Assembly: GCA_044892525.1 (NCBI GenBank)
Contig: CM097885.1
Span: forward strand, 86,552,001-86,616,000
Length of the DNA stretch: 64,000 nucleotides
Origin: Schmidtea polychroa
Lineage: Eukaryota
Direction of reading: 5' to 3'
Program-made: the position numbers and the translations under genes
Shown: piece by piece, positions 10,701 through 20,749 of the stretch
Layout: each line of letters starts with the position of its first letter
Position numbering within the stretch: the stretch's first letter is position 1
Notes under the pieces: generated by a model
The model's input: the letters and a program-made list of their open reading frames with translations, nothing else
Database searches by the model: none
Told to the model about the DNA's origin: nothing

Positions 10701-12352
10701 AGTTTCATCACAAGGCCAGATCCGCGGATAACATGCAGACATTCACCAATATTAATTACACGGCCAGGTGTTTCCTTGATCTCATTGATTTTATTTCGTA
10801 GAGTCTTACAAATAGGCAAGTAATTTTCCGTACTAGACAGAGTCGTTGGATTTATGATGTAATACTCATCTGTGGTATAATCAATGATTAGCAGAATTTC
10901 CCGATATTTTGGGGGAGCGACGATGGCGAATATTATTTGTGCTCTGATGAGGCCGTCATAGTTTAAAAAATCATTTAGGTGTTGGGTGCAATCTTCAAGG
11001 ATTGCAGAGCACATCGTTGCATTCAATAAAATGAAATTTGAATTTAGTTTTAAGCTATCGAAATACTTGGAAAGTATTTCTTCATTTATTTTGAAATTTA
11101 TTGAGTTTAAATTTTTGCAGATCTCATTTGCCTGTTGGATTTTAGCTGATTTTAGGAACTCACTGGTACTTGTATGAGATATTGTTTTCCCGATAATTAC
11201 TCTTTCAATCAGTTCAATAAAGGCACAAGCAAAGAGATGTGAGTCAGCAGATGGAATGGAAGTATAATCAATGTTGTGATTGGGATCAAATAAGATTTTC
11301 TTGTGTGTAATTAAGAATCTATTGAGATAGTCGGTCATGTTTTCTCCTATACCAAAAAGTCTCTCAGTTACAATTTTGTTGTGAAAATTAAACATGTAAC
11401 TGTGTCCCTTAACAAGTGAAAAAAGATAAAGACTCCAATTTGTGTCGTTTGGAATGACGCTGATGACAAGGTCTATTCCAGAAAATTGTCTGAACGTCAC
11501 ATTTTCCCTAATAAATGTGTCGTTCTGTGCAATGACATTGGAAGTCAGTTCAGGAGAAAGGACAGATATGTTGGTTCTCCTTTCAAAATATTTGCTAAGT
11601 AAACTCGAGATGCAGGAGTTCTGTTCCATGAGAAATGCCTGGTTCTGGGTAGGCTTTTTCTTAACTCCATTGCGCTTGATTTCCTCCATAAACTTTGGTA
11701 GGCCACCCCCCGAAATTTTCGCGACACCATGAGGCTGGTCAATCTGAAATTGATGAACTTTTTCTCTAATTTCCTCAATAAAATTGTTCGGAAAACATTT
11801 CCACTCTCCACTTATCATCATAGCATATGCACAGATGTAAGGTCCACAATCGTAACTGTTATCTTGGTAAGTAAAGTTATTGTGTGGGTGAAAAGATACA
11901 GCAGCTTTGAGATCAAACAGATTATTAAGAGCCAGAGTGATTCTAGTAGCACTTGTCTTGTTAGTAAGATCATGTCGCTTTCGAAAGATTGGGTCAATAA
12001 AGTAGGATAACAAAGTGGTTTTACAATAAACAAAGAGTATCCAATGAGATTTATTTATGTTGAGGGGACATAATATTATTTGCGCATTGTAGACTTTTTC
12101 TGGAATCGGAAAAATGTTCTCATTAAAGTCAGTGCGCAGTATTTCAACTATAAAGCATTTAAGTGGCGCAAAATCTGGGTTACTGATGAGATTTTCAAGG
12201 TAGTGGTCGATATCATCATCAGTGAACCAGATTTTTGGATCACGAACTACATTTTGATAAGTTTTATTAATTAATGCCTTATTAATGTTTAATGTGCTGT
12301 CTGCATCAGTCTCCTTAGAGATTAAAGCAGATTCTGAGACTGATGCAGGCAC
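7736..12352 (-). CDS. E2 ORF2, 1538 aa: Ulp1-like protease(s), RT, CCHC knuckle, restriction-like endonuclease
   Basis: Motifs SHWILF...YQDNSYDCG; SWRPIAL; LDIKDAFGSV; GVKQGCPIS; YADD; CRLCHSEEETMSHIIQSC; RIDLMITD...LVDMKCP; the first codon is GTG, not ATG. Confidence 0.95.
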   Translation of the reverse strand: MPASVSESALISKETDADSTLNINKALINKTYQNVVRDPKIWFTDDDIDHYLENLISNPDFAPLKCFIVEILRTDFNENIFPIPEKVYNAQIILCPLNINKSHWILFVYCKTTLLSYFIDPIFRKRHDLTNKTSATRITLALNNLFDLKAAVSFHPHNNFTYQDNSYDCGPYICAYAMMISGEWKCFPNNFIEEIREKVHQFQIDQPHGVAKISGGGLPKFMEEIKRNGVKKKPTQNQAFLMEQNSCISSLLSKYFERRTNISVLSPELTSNVIAQNDTFIRENVTFRQFSGIDLVISVIPNDTNWSLYLFSLVKGHSYMFNFHNKIVTERLFGIGENMTDYLNRFLITHKKILFDPNHNIDYTSIPSADSHLFACAFIELIERVIIGKTISHTSTSEFLKSAKIQQANEICKNLNSINFKINEEILSKYFDSLKLNSNFILLNATMCSAILEDCTQHLNDFLNYDGLIRAQIIFAIVAPPKYREILLIIDYTTDEYYIINPTTLSSTENYLPICKTLRNKINEIKETPGRVINIGECLHVIRGSGLVMKLLICAFVKNYANDLPLVNLNLNEIGNTINSLLPIIKELQKGQNTMLSKIVKKKEVNLKLEQRLTKVEELLQQISNISINEIIEIINEQFPNRLISTHKPYLGNKKKPAKLNKAKLIAKFMTDMKWTVNKIINNTDVSKRPTFQNIVLNFSIKSPFQGNWTKTFGFCKRSQQKLDLEPFSELEVIYELKRADNTSPGIDGIQYRDLLLLDPKGKLLCFLFNKIIFDKIIPDNWKSFKTLLIPKPDKDGKYEDCSSWRPIALLSVIYKLFASCLASRLTLWIERNDLLHVGQKGGSRHDGCVEHNSILSSALEHSKYSKNSPIAIAWLDIKDAFGSVPHEYMWSLLRFVGVSEEFAFILQMLYSDTSTFYSCGPILTPKIPIKQGVKQGCPISMILFALAINPVLEAVSRFDCEPFMIGESPVKILAYADDIALVAKSANDLQKITNIAVTTAAEIGFVYRPEKCGYLQLPKTQSESEIVINDIKIKKLLPNEFYKYLGVPVGEETDQSPYEILKKAVSDTRKLADSDLLGWQKLKAYKVFVHSRLIFPFRTREIKTSALSKSSENKNLSVNITSELRNCFRKMMFLPNHSEVSYFYNSTENGGANCVDLLDEYHTQTITHFFRLLTSKCEYARKINLDSLNFVTGPRLGIKTPTLQESLDWFNGKESKPVHSGRKTRFQRVRTAIAFFKKEHDINISFIVTKKEPSLYITSEIRGTCILTSDLRKTTSKVLHMALHGSYLSKWEKSCTSGFIISAIKLAPKINKAIFRGDMSEFAWNFIHRARTNTLSNKAKPHNRGDTRLCRLCHSEEETMSHIIQSCKVHLTLGAERHNDCLKLITSHLTTNPNLIVVVDHVCSLVPYSKERIDLMITDLARKKIFLVDMKCPCDTVNNFENVDSLNLQKYESLRRQIKDVKPDFNVELDTCIIGSLGSFPPKTPEILLKIGIDRSRLKGLMRDCAMSNISHSARRWHYHKNGVLIDLDKFKFPSIK

Positions 12353-12361
12353 GCATTTTCA
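12301..12361 (-). promoter_or_regulatory. Putative UGA readthrough signal, E2
   Basis: UGA 12359-12361; perfect 13-bp inverted repeat 12336-12348 / 12301-12313 with 22-nt loop. Confidence 0.65.
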
Positions 12362-15070
12362 TTTAGTTTTAGGAGCATTTCTCCTTGTATTTTTGAAAGG
12401 TTGCTGCTCCATGACACTGTTATAAACGTTGTTGGTCACAATATCAGTTGAAACGCCCCCATCAATATCTACAGGGAATTTTATTTCAGGTGTCTCATCA
12501 CCATTTCTCAGCGGTGACTCAACAACTTCATGATCAGCTATGGAACAAGAGGGGTCTTCCAAAGGATTTTCAAAGGATTCAGCAATACTGTCAACAATAG
12601 CTGAGTCAGTGGCATTGTTCATCTGACCAGTCATTTCCAAAGACGCGATAGGCAAAATATAATCCAGTATTTTAGAGATCATAATGCTCATCTTACTGGT
12701 ACATATCTTGGTACAATTTCGTGGAATACGAAAATTAAACCTATTGTTGGTCAAGAAACGTTTTTTGTCTCTAATGATAAAGTATAGGAGTCGCTTTGCT
12801 CTCTCCGTGTCAGAATCATTTGATTCATTTTTAAATTCATTTATTTTATTACTAATTTTATCAAGCGCATTTAACTGATCTATCTTTTGAGGTAAAGCAA
12901 CATCTAGAGTTTCAAGGAAGTTGTTTATTTCAGAGATCGTTTTTGGAGAAATGATATTGTGTATAAGGTCAATCTCACGAGATAAATTCAGTTGACGGAG
13001 TCTTAAAAGTCTTTCCTGACAACTGGAATAATAGTAAGAAGAACAAGGAATCATTTTAATCATCTCTGGAGCCCAGTTTTCAATGTTGTCACATCTTAGT
13101 GCGTTGCAATTCTCAATATTCGTTATTGAGTGTATCAAAAAGCAATTGCGTAAATAGTTAAGTACGTATTCATCAAATGTGGCATTTGAAGTGTACTCCA
13201 GTGTACCTTTTAACTGTAAGTAGTTTAAGTGAAAGATTATATTAACCAATTTTTCAGACGAATTCGATTGAGAAAGTAGAGATCGTAGTACATCGTCTTT
13301 CTCAGACATGCTAAGTAAGTTCAGTAGGCCAAGATTAAACATAATGTCTGACTGGCTCTCAAAATTCGAAGCCCCTTCATCTCCAGCTCTACCAGATTTC
13401 ACAAACATACCCTCTACAAATGAAATTTGCTCAGGAAATCCTCTCTCCGATCTCAGAGTCTGAATGAGCTGGACCAACTTTTCAGGATTCTCTGCGATGT
13501 TCTCAGTGAAAAACAATTCAGCTAACTCAGGGAAAGATTTATAAAGATCGCGTACTTGTGAACGAGAAAGCTCAGCTGTCTCACCATTGGAATTCAAACT
13601 ATTAGGAGAACCACTTTCAAGTAAGTCTAACATGACAAAATCACCATCTTGATACTTGATCTGTGATTTTATCAGGTAGTCCGGGAGAATCCCTTGCTTT
13701 TTCATTAAGCTCAAAGCAGTGTTTATCTGTTCTCCCCGCAATTTAGCGTTCCCTATAGTTGATGTTTCTGCAAGTTTTGTAGATAGTACAAATAAAAATT
13801 TCTTAATTGCTAATGATGCTGGGATAAACTTTGTCGAACCACTGACGACTGATATAATTTTAGAATTAATTATTGATGTTTTTATTTTTTTAATATTTAA
13901 TTTCTTTTCTTTAAAAGTTTGTAAATTAATATTTACACATATATTATGGTTTCTATAAAATAAATTTAGAAAACCAGACAATTTTAAAGGATTTTCAGTT
14001 TGAGAAATTTTCGCTAGTTCGGAATTTAACAATTCAAATTTTTTAGGGTATTCCTTATATTTTAATAGTTTAACAAATTTTGGAAAAGCACTAAGGAACT
14101 GATGCTTCTCGTTCTTATTCAGAGTTCTTACAAGTAAGTTACAGTTATTTATTTTCGAATTTATTAAACTGTTTTCATTTTTTTGGTTAACTTGAATATT
14201 TAATAGCTTAGTGCTATCTTTAACGGGTAAAGGTTTATCAATTTTTAAATTGTTAATATTCGAAGATTTTGATTTAATTAATTCAACCTTATTTTTAATA
14301 ATGTTGTTATTGCTTAATTCATTTGATTTATTTAAATTTAATTTTTCATATTCAAATAAAGGTAATTTTGAAATATCTTTTTTAATTAAATCATTTTTAA
14401 TATTTATTTCGAGATTAGAATCATCCACTTTCCAAGGACCCGAAACGATGCGCTGTCCAGACGAAAAATCAGCGTTGGAAGAATAATTGGCGTCCTTTGC
14501 ATTTTCATTTTTATTAAAAGGCAATTTATCATCTTTAGTATTTTTATGATTTAAGTTATAATTTAACGTTTCTTGTTTATTAATTAAATCATTTTTAATA
14601 GATATTTGAAAATTAGAGTACTCCTTATTCCAAGGACCTGAAACAATGCGATGACCAGACGAAAAATCAGCATTTGAAGAATAATTGCCTTTTTTAATTA
14701 AATCATTTTGAATATTTATTTCGAGATTAGAGTACTCCTTATTCCAAGGACCTGAAACTATGCGATGTACAGACGAAGAATCAGCATTTGAAGAATAATT
14801 GCCTTTTTTATTTAAATATAATTTTTCAGATTTACTAATTTTATCTTTAAAATCTTTATTAGACAAATTATTTATATGGGCGCTATCCAAATTCCCCTTA
14901 TTGACATTAGCATAAAAATTTACATTTAAAAATTCAATTATTAAACTAAGTTTATTAGAAAACTTACGGAAATCTCTTTCTAGCCCATGAATTCTTCGAG
15001 ACATATTTCCATCTTCAAATGAGTAGGCATCCTTACGTCCAGATCGTCCAAAATTCATGTTTCTTCGCAT
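12359..15070 (-). CDS. E2 ORF1, family B (first ATG = MRRNMNF at 15070; ORF track extends to TTG at 15121)
   Basis: 63 aa shorter than E6 ORF1 because of an N-terminal internal deletion; homologous to family A ORF1. Confidence 0.85.
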   Translation of the reverse strand: MRRNMNFGRSGRKDAYSFEDGNMSRRIHGLERDFRKFSNKLSLIIEFLNVNFYANVNKGNLDSAHINNLSNKDFKDKISKSEKLYLNKKGNYSSNADSSSVHRIVSGPWNKEYSNLEINIQNDLIKKGNYSSNADFSSGHRIVSGPWNKEYSNFQISIKNDLINKQETLNYNLNHKNTKDDKLPFNKNENAKDANYSSNADFSSGQRIVSGPWKVDDSNLEINIKNDLIKKDISKLPLFEYEKLNLNKSNELSNNNIIKNKVELIKSKSSNINNLKIDKPLPVKDSTKLLNIQVNQKNENSLINSKINNCNLLVRTLNKNEKHQFLSAFPKFVKLLKYKEYPKKFELLNSELAKISQTENPLKLSGFLNLFYRNHNICVNINLQTFKEKKLNIKKIKTSIINSKIISVVSGSTKFIPASLAIKKFLFVLSTKLAETSTIGNAKLRGEQINTALSLMKKQGILPDYLIKSQIKYQDGDFVMLDLLESGSPNSLNSNGETAELSRSQVRDLYKSFPELAELFFTENIAENPEKLVQLIQTLRSERGFPEQISFVEGMFVKSGRAGDEGASNFESQSDIMFNLGLLNLLSMSEKDDVLRSLLSQSNSSEKLVNIIFHLNYLQLKGTLEYTSNATFDEYVLNYLRNCFLIHSITNIENCNALRCDNIENWAPEMIKMIPCSSYYYSSCQERLLRLRQLNLSREIDLIHNIISPKTISEINNFLETLDVALPQKIDQLNALDKISNKINEFKNESNDSDTERAKRLLYFIIRDKKRFLTNNRFNFRIPRNCTKICTSKMSIMISKILDYILPIASLEMTGQMNNATDSAIVDSIAESFENPLEDPSCSIADHEVVESPLRNGDETPEIKFPVDIDGGVSTDIVTNNVYNSVMEQQPFKNTRRNAPKTK

Positions 15071-15377
15071 TTTAAAAATTTCCTCCAATATCCACGTTTT
15101 TATATTTCCTGCAACTAACAAAATAAATTATGCAAGAAAAATTACCTTTAGTGATGCAATCCAATACGAATTCCGATGATGTAACCTAGTGCTAGTATAT
15201 TATTTTTCCAACCAAATATTCAATCATTGAATTTTTTTCAATTGATTTCATCGATTCGCCAACATATGTTGAGATAGGCTGAAAAAATGAAATAAAAAAA
15301 ATTTAATGGCCATAAAAATATACCTGATTGTCCACTCAGAATTGAATTCATCAAAATTGAATTGTGGAATAAAAAAA

Positions 15378-15475
15378 AGTCCACAACACCTCGTATTCCC
15401 AAGCGGTCACCCATCCAAGTACTAACGAGGCCTTAACCTGCTTAACTTCCGAGATCGAACGAGATCGGGTGAACC
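15378..15475 (-). pseudogene. RNA5S: 5'-truncated 5S rRNA gene (nt 22-119) downstream of E3
   Basis: Same junction ...cttttac|GGTTCACC. Confidence 0.95.
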
Positions 15476-16078
15476 GTAAAAGTTTATTATTAAAACAAAT
15501 TTGAATTTTTGTACAAGCGGACAATGCTCAACATGGAGCACGCCATTCGGAAAATAACAAAGTCAAAAGAGTCAGAAAGATATCAAATAATCACAAATGT
15601 TTGAGAGTTTTTCGACTCAATTGTCAATGCTTCTTTTCTGAACTGTCCTCGGCTCTGATTTGTGAAATTGTCATCGGATCAGTGAATTTGATTGTCCGGC
15701 TTTGCACATCGATGATTTGAGACAGCAGATTTGAGGTGCTGCAACTTGTCTGAAGGTCTAATCAGTCTGTTGTGAGTTATTGACAGGACTCGAATGCAAA
15801 CGAGGGATCATCAGATGACATCCGAGCAACAGCAGACTTATCAGGATCTTGACTGAAATCAGCAATCATCGCTATGCAGAATATGACCTTTTTACATCTA
15901 GATATTTTTACAGAAAGATAGCATGTATACATATATATTTATAAATAATCCACGTACAAGAGGGAATATCTAAAAAGTCTAAAAAATCTAATAATACATA
16001 AATACTTTTATACACAAAACATTTAAATTAAAAATTTAAACTATGATAATGCCAATAGGGGAATGAATGTGCCTTGAA

Positions 16079-19000
16079 TCATTTAATACTCGGGAATTTG
16101 AATTTATCGAGATCAATCAAGACGCCGTTTTTGTGGTAGTGCCACCGTCTTGCAGAGTGTGAAATATTGCTCATGGCACAATCTCTCATTAAGCCTTTCA
16201 AACGACTACGATCAATTCCTATTTTGAGAAGAATTTCAGGAGTCTTTGGAGGGAAAGAACCTAAAGAACCGATGATACAGGTATCAAGTTCAACATTGAA
16301 ATCAGGTTTGACATCTTTTATTTGTCTCCTGAGTGATTCATATTTTTGCAGATTGAGCGAGTCAACGTTTTCAAAATTATTCACAGTGTCGCACGGACAT
16401 TTCATGTCAACTAGAAAGATCTTTTTCCTTGCCAAATCCGTGATCATCAAGTCAATTCGTTCCTTGGAGTATGGAACAAGTGAACAAACATGGTCAACAA
16501 CAACAATCAGATTTGGGTTTGTTGTAAGGTGAGAAGTTATCAGTTTAAGACAGTCATTGTGGCGCTCAGCACCAAGAGTAAGATGAACCTTACAAGATTG
16601 AATAATGTGTGACATTGTCTCCTCTTCACTGTGACATAGTCGACAGAGTCTAGTGTCACCTCTATTATGTGGTTTAGCTTTGTTGGAAAGGGTGTTTGTG
16701 CGAGCTCGGTGAATAAAGTTCCAAGCAAATTCCGACATGTCACCTCGAAAGATTGCTTTATTTATCTTAGGTGCAAGTTTTATCGCCGAAATAATGAAAC
16801 CCGAGGTACAGCTTTTTTCCCATTTTGAAAGATAAGAGCCATGAAGAGCCATGTGTAAAACTTTCGATGTGGTTTTGCGAAGATCACTAGTTAGAATGCA
16901 TGTGCCACGTATTTCACTTGTAATATAAAGTGATGGTTCTTTCTTTGTGACTATAAATGAGATGTTTATGTCATGTTCTTTTTTAAAGAAAGCAATCGCC
17001 GTTCTAACTCTCTGAAATCGAGTCTTTCTACAAGAATGAACAGGTTTTGATTCTTTACCATTGAACCAATCAAGACTTTCTTGTAGTGTTGGTGTTTTAA
17101 TACCGAGTCGTGGTCCAGTTACAAAGTTAAGAGAGTCGAGGTTAATCTTTCGCGCGTATTCACATTTCGAAGTAAGGAGTCTGAAAAAGTGTGTTATTGT
17201 CTGCGTGTGATATTCATCAAGAAGATCAACGCAGTTTGCCCCTCCGTTTTCAGTTGAATTGTAAAAATAACTTACTTCAGAGTGATTAGGCAAGAACATC
17301 ATTTTCCTAAAACAATTTCTTAATTCGCTAGTGATGTTTACAGAAAGATTTTTGTTCTCACTAGATTTTGAAAGAGCACTAGTTTTAATTTCACGTGTTC
17401 TAAAAGGAAAGATCAAACGAGAGTGGACAAAGACCTTATATGCTTTAAGTTTCTGCCAGCCAAGTAAGTCAGAGTCAGCAAGTTTTCTAGTATCAGAGAC
17501 TGCTTTCTTAAGAATCTCATATGGACTTTGATCAGTTTCCTCACCAACTGGGACGCCAAGATACTTATAGAATTCATTTGGCAGCAATTTCTTTATTTTG
17601 ATGTCATTAATTACGATTTCACTTTCCGATTGGGTCTTTGGAAGTTGTAAATACCCACATTTTTCAGGCCGATATACGAAACCAATTTCAGAAGCAGTTG
17701 TCACAGCTATATTTGTGATTTTCTGTAGGTCATTAGCAGATTTTGCAACAAGAGCAATATCGTCAGCATATGCCAGAATCTTGACAGGAGATTCTCCAAT
17801 CATAAAGGGTTCACAGTCAAATCTAGAGACAGCTTCAAGTACAGGGTTGATGGCCAAAGCAAACAAGATCATCGAAATAGGACATCCTTGTTTGACACCC
17901 TGTTTTATTGGAATTTTCGGAGTCAAGATTGGACCACAACTATAAAATGTGCTTGTGTCGGAATATAACATTTGCAGAATAAAAGCAAACTCCTCACTTA
18001 CTCCAACGAATCGAAGTAAGGACCACATATACTCATGTGGGACACTGCCAAAAGCGTCTTTTATATCGAGCCAGGCTATAGTAATAGGAGAGTTCTTACT
18101 GTATTTTGAGTGTTCTAGGGCCGACGAAAGAATGGAATTGTGTTCAACACATCCATCATGTCTGGAGCCACCTTTTTGTCCAACATGCAAAAGGTCATTT
18201 CTCTCTATCCATAATGTCAAACGACTTGCTAGACAAGAGGCAAACAATTTATAAATGACAGAGAGTAAGGCAATTGGACGCCAAGACGATACGTTGTCAT
18301 ATTTGTCACTTTTATCAGGTTTTGGAATAAGGAGCGTTTTGAAAGTTTTCCAACTTTCAGGTATTACTTTATTAGTAATGATTTTATTAAATAAAACAGT
18401 TAGTAATTTACCCTCAGGATCGAGAAGCAACAAATCTCGATATTGAATACCATCAATACCGGGACTTGTGTTATCGGCTCTCTTGAGTTCAAAAAGTACC
18501 TCCATATCTGACAAAAGTTCTAGCTTGAGGATTTTCTCTGAGCGCTTACAAAATTTAAAAGTATTATCCCAAACTTGTTTTATAGGAGTCTTGTGCATGA
18601 AATGCATCACAATATCCTGAAATTTAGGTCTGACATTGACATCTATGTCGTTAAAAATTAAATTAACTGCGGATTTCATATCAGTTTTAAATTTTGAAAT
18701 TAATTTATTTTTATTTATTTTCGAAGTTTCTCTCTTTCTAGTTCCCAAATATGGTTTATGGGTTGCACTTGCGTGGTCAGGAAATTGTTCAATAATCAGA
18801 TTAATAATGTCATCGACATCTAAACTAATTACTTTCTCTAAAAGTTCATCAATCTTATGTTTACGTTGTTCCAAGTTTTCGCAACCCACGCGTTTTTGGT
18901 TAACTTTATTATTTTCCACAGATTTGATTTTTTTTATTTCTTTTGCAATGGGAAGAAAGGAACTTATAACATTACCAATAACACGCAAATTCAAATTTGT

Positions 19001-20740
19001 CAAAGGTAAATCATTAGCATAGTTTGTTATAAAGGAGCAAATAAGAATCTTGCTGACCAAACCTGAGCCACGAGTGTCATGTGGACATTCACCAATGTTT
19101 AGTACCCTCCCAGGAGATTCTTTTATTTCATTAATTTTATTCCTCAGTTTTTTAACATAATTTAAATAATTTTCATTTTCCACAAGAGTTGTGGGATTTA
19201 ATAAATAATATTCATCAGTATTATAATCTATTATTAACAGAATTTCACGATATTTAGGGGGTGCTACAATGGCAAATATGATTTGCGCCCTTGTTATATT
19301 TTCATAATTTAAAAACTGGTACAAGTACTGTGTGCAGTCATCAAGAATCGCAGTGCACATTGCAACATTTAGAAGCATATAGTTACTGGATAATTTTAAA
19401 TTATTAAAATATTTTGTAATTATTTCGTCATTAATTGTAAAATTAATTAAATTTAAATTTTTGCAGATCTCATTAGTCATTTGTAGTTTAATGGAATTAC
19501 GATTTTCATTGATAATTTTGAAAGACGGATTATTATTAAAAATGAGAACCTCAAGAAATTCAATAAACTTACATGCAAAAAAGTGAGGATCTTTGGAAGT
19601 AAAAGAAAGTAGACTCTTTCCATGATCATTTAGAAAGTTAACTTTACCATTAGAGATGAAAAATTTGTTGAGGTAATCAGTCATGTTTTCACCTATACCA
19701 ATTAATCTCTCGTCAATGATACAATCTTGAAAATTGAAAATATAACTTTTTTTAATCAACGAAGAAAAAACATATAAGCACCAGTCCGAATTGTTTGGAA
19801 TAACACCGATCACATGCTGAACATTAGAAAATTGTTTAAAAGTAACATTTTCTCTAATATATTCATCATTTTGAGCCATAATATTCAAAGTCAACTCATT
19901 GGACATGACAGTTACATTTTCTTTACTACCAAACCATTCTTTTACAAGAGATGCGATACACGGACTTTGACCGGAAAGAAAAGCTCGACTTGAATGATTA
20001 ATTTGCTTTTGCACTGGCATTTTAATATTTTTGATAGTAGGAATTTTCTTAACTCCATTTCGTTTAATTTCCTCCATAAACTTTGGTAGGCCACCCCCCG
20101 AAATTTTCGCGACACCATGAGGCTGGTCAATCTGAAATTGATGAACTTTTTCTCTAATTTCCTCAATAAAATTGTTCGGAAAACATTTCCACTCTCCACT
20201 TATCATCATAGCATATGCACAGATGTAAGGTCCACAATCGTAACTGTTATCTTGGTAAGTAAAGTTATTGTGTGGGTGAAAAGATACAGCAGCTTTGAGA
20301 TCAAACAGATTATTAAGAGCCAGAGTGATTCTAGTAGCACTTGTCTTGTTAGTAAGATCATGTCGCTTTCGAAAGATTGGGTCAATAAAGTAGGATAACA
20401 AAGTGGTTTTACAATAAACAAAGAGTATCCAATGAGATTTATTTATGTTGAGGGGACATAATATTATTTGCGCATTGTAGACTTTTTCTGGAATCGGAAA
20501 AATGTTCTCATTAAAATTAGTGCGCAGTATTTCAACTATAAAGCATTTAAGTGGCGCAAAATCTGGGTCACTGATGTGATTTTCAAGGTAGTGGTCGATA
20601 TCATCATCAGTGAACCAGAATTTTGGATCACGAACTACATTTTGATAAGTTTTATTAATTAATGCCTTATTAATGTTTAATGTGCTGTCTGCATCAGTCT
20701 CCTTAGAGATTAAAGCAGATTCTGAGACTGATGCAGGCAC
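16079..20740 (-). CDS. E3 ORF2, 1553 aa: Ulp1-like x3, RT, CCHC, RLE
   Basis: Same motifs as E2 ORF2; uninterrupted. Confidence 0.95.
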   Translation of the reverse strand: MPASVSESALISKETDADSTLNINKALINKTYQNVVRDPKFWFTDDDIDHYLENHISDPDFAPLKCFIVEILRTNFNENIFPIPEKVYNAQIILCPLNINKSHWILFVYCKTTLLSYFIDPIFRKRHDLTNKTSATRITLALNNLFDLKAAVSFHPHNNFTYQDNSYDCGPYICAYAMMISGEWKCFPNNFIEEIREKVHQFQIDQPHGVAKISGGGLPKFMEEIKRNGVKKIPTIKNIKMPVQKQINHSSRAFLSGQSPCIASLVKEWFGSKENVTVMSNELTLNIMAQNDEYIRENVTFKQFSNVQHVIGVIPNNSDWCLYVFSSLIKKSYIFNFQDCIIDERLIGIGENMTDYLNKFFISNGKVNFLNDHGKSLLSFTSKDPHFFACKFIEFLEVLIFNNNPSFKIINENRNSIKLQMTNEICKNLNLINFTINDEIITKYFNNLKLSSNYMLLNVAMCTAILDDCTQYLYQFLNYENITRAQIIFAIVAPPKYREILLIIDYNTDEYYLLNPTTLVENENYLNYVKKLRNKINEIKESPGRVLNIGECPHDTRGSGLVSKILICSFITNYANDLPLTNLNLRVIGNVISSFLPIAKEIKKIKSVENNKVNQKRVGCENLEQRKHKIDELLEKVISLDVDDIINLIIEQFPDHASATHKPYLGTRKRETSKINKNKLISKFKTDMKSAVNLIFNDIDVNVRPKFQDIVMHFMHKTPIKQVWDNTFKFCKRSEKILKLELLSDMEVLFELKRADNTSPGIDGIQYRDLLLLDPEGKLLTVLFNKIITNKVIPESWKTFKTLLIPKPDKSDKYDNVSSWRPIALLSVIYKLFASCLASRLTLWIERNDLLHVGQKGGSRHDGCVEHNSILSSALEHSKYSKNSPITIAWLDIKDAFGSVPHEYMWSLLRFVGVSEEFAFILQMLYSDTSTFYSCGPILTPKIPIKQGVKQGCPISMILFALAINPVLEAVSRFDCEPFMIGESPVKILAYADDIALVAKSANDLQKITNIAVTTASEIGFVYRPEKCGYLQLPKTQSESEIVINDIKIKKLLPNEFYKYLGVPVGEETDQSPYEILKKAVSDTRKLADSDLLGWQKLKAYKVFVHSRLIFPFRTREIKTSALSKSSENKNLSVNITSELRNCFRKMMFLPNHSEVSYFYNSTENGGANCVDLLDEYHTQTITHFFRLLTSKCEYARKINLDSLNFVTGPRLGIKTPTLQESLDWFNGKESKPVHSCRKTRFQRVRTAIAFFKKEHDINISFIVTKKEPSLYITSEIRGTCILTSDLRKTTSKVLHMALHGSYLSKWEKSCTSGFIISAIKLAPKINKAIFRGDMSEFAWNFIHRARTNTLSNKAKPHNRGDTRLCRLCHSEEETMSHIIQSCKVHLTLGAERHNDCLKLITSHLTTNPNLIVVVDHVCSLVPYSKERIDLMITDLARKKIFLVDMKCPCDTVNNFENVDSLNLQKYESLRRQIKDVKPDFNVELDTCIIGSLGSFPPKTPEILLKIGIDRSRLKGLMRDCAMSNISHSARRWHYHKNGVLIDLDKFKFPSIK

Positions 20741-20749
20741 GCATTTTCA
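20689..20749 (-). promoter_or_regulatory. Putative UGA readthrough signal, E3
   Basis: UGA 20747-20749 in frame with ORF2; same 13-bp stem as E2. Confidence 0.65.

Larger units (their letters stand above)
7132..15193 (-). mobile_element. E2: 5S-specific RLE retrotransposon, family B with family-A internal tract (mosaic)
   Basis: B-type 3' UTR, ORF2 ends, ORF1 and 5' junction (15193/15194); A-type sequence ~9884-11680. Confidence 0.93.

Noticed and set aside
7736-12352. Bacterial group II intron/retron RT or LTR-element pol
   Set aside because: Non-LTR RT motifs with C-terminal CCHC + RLE, no LTRs, integrase or RNase H, and a eukaryotic 5S context
15070-15193. HDV-like or hammerhead ribozyme, or an intron, in the family B 5' UTR
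   Set aside because: No recognisable catalytic core by eye; the GT donor in E2 is GA in E3/E6. A covariance-model search is still needed
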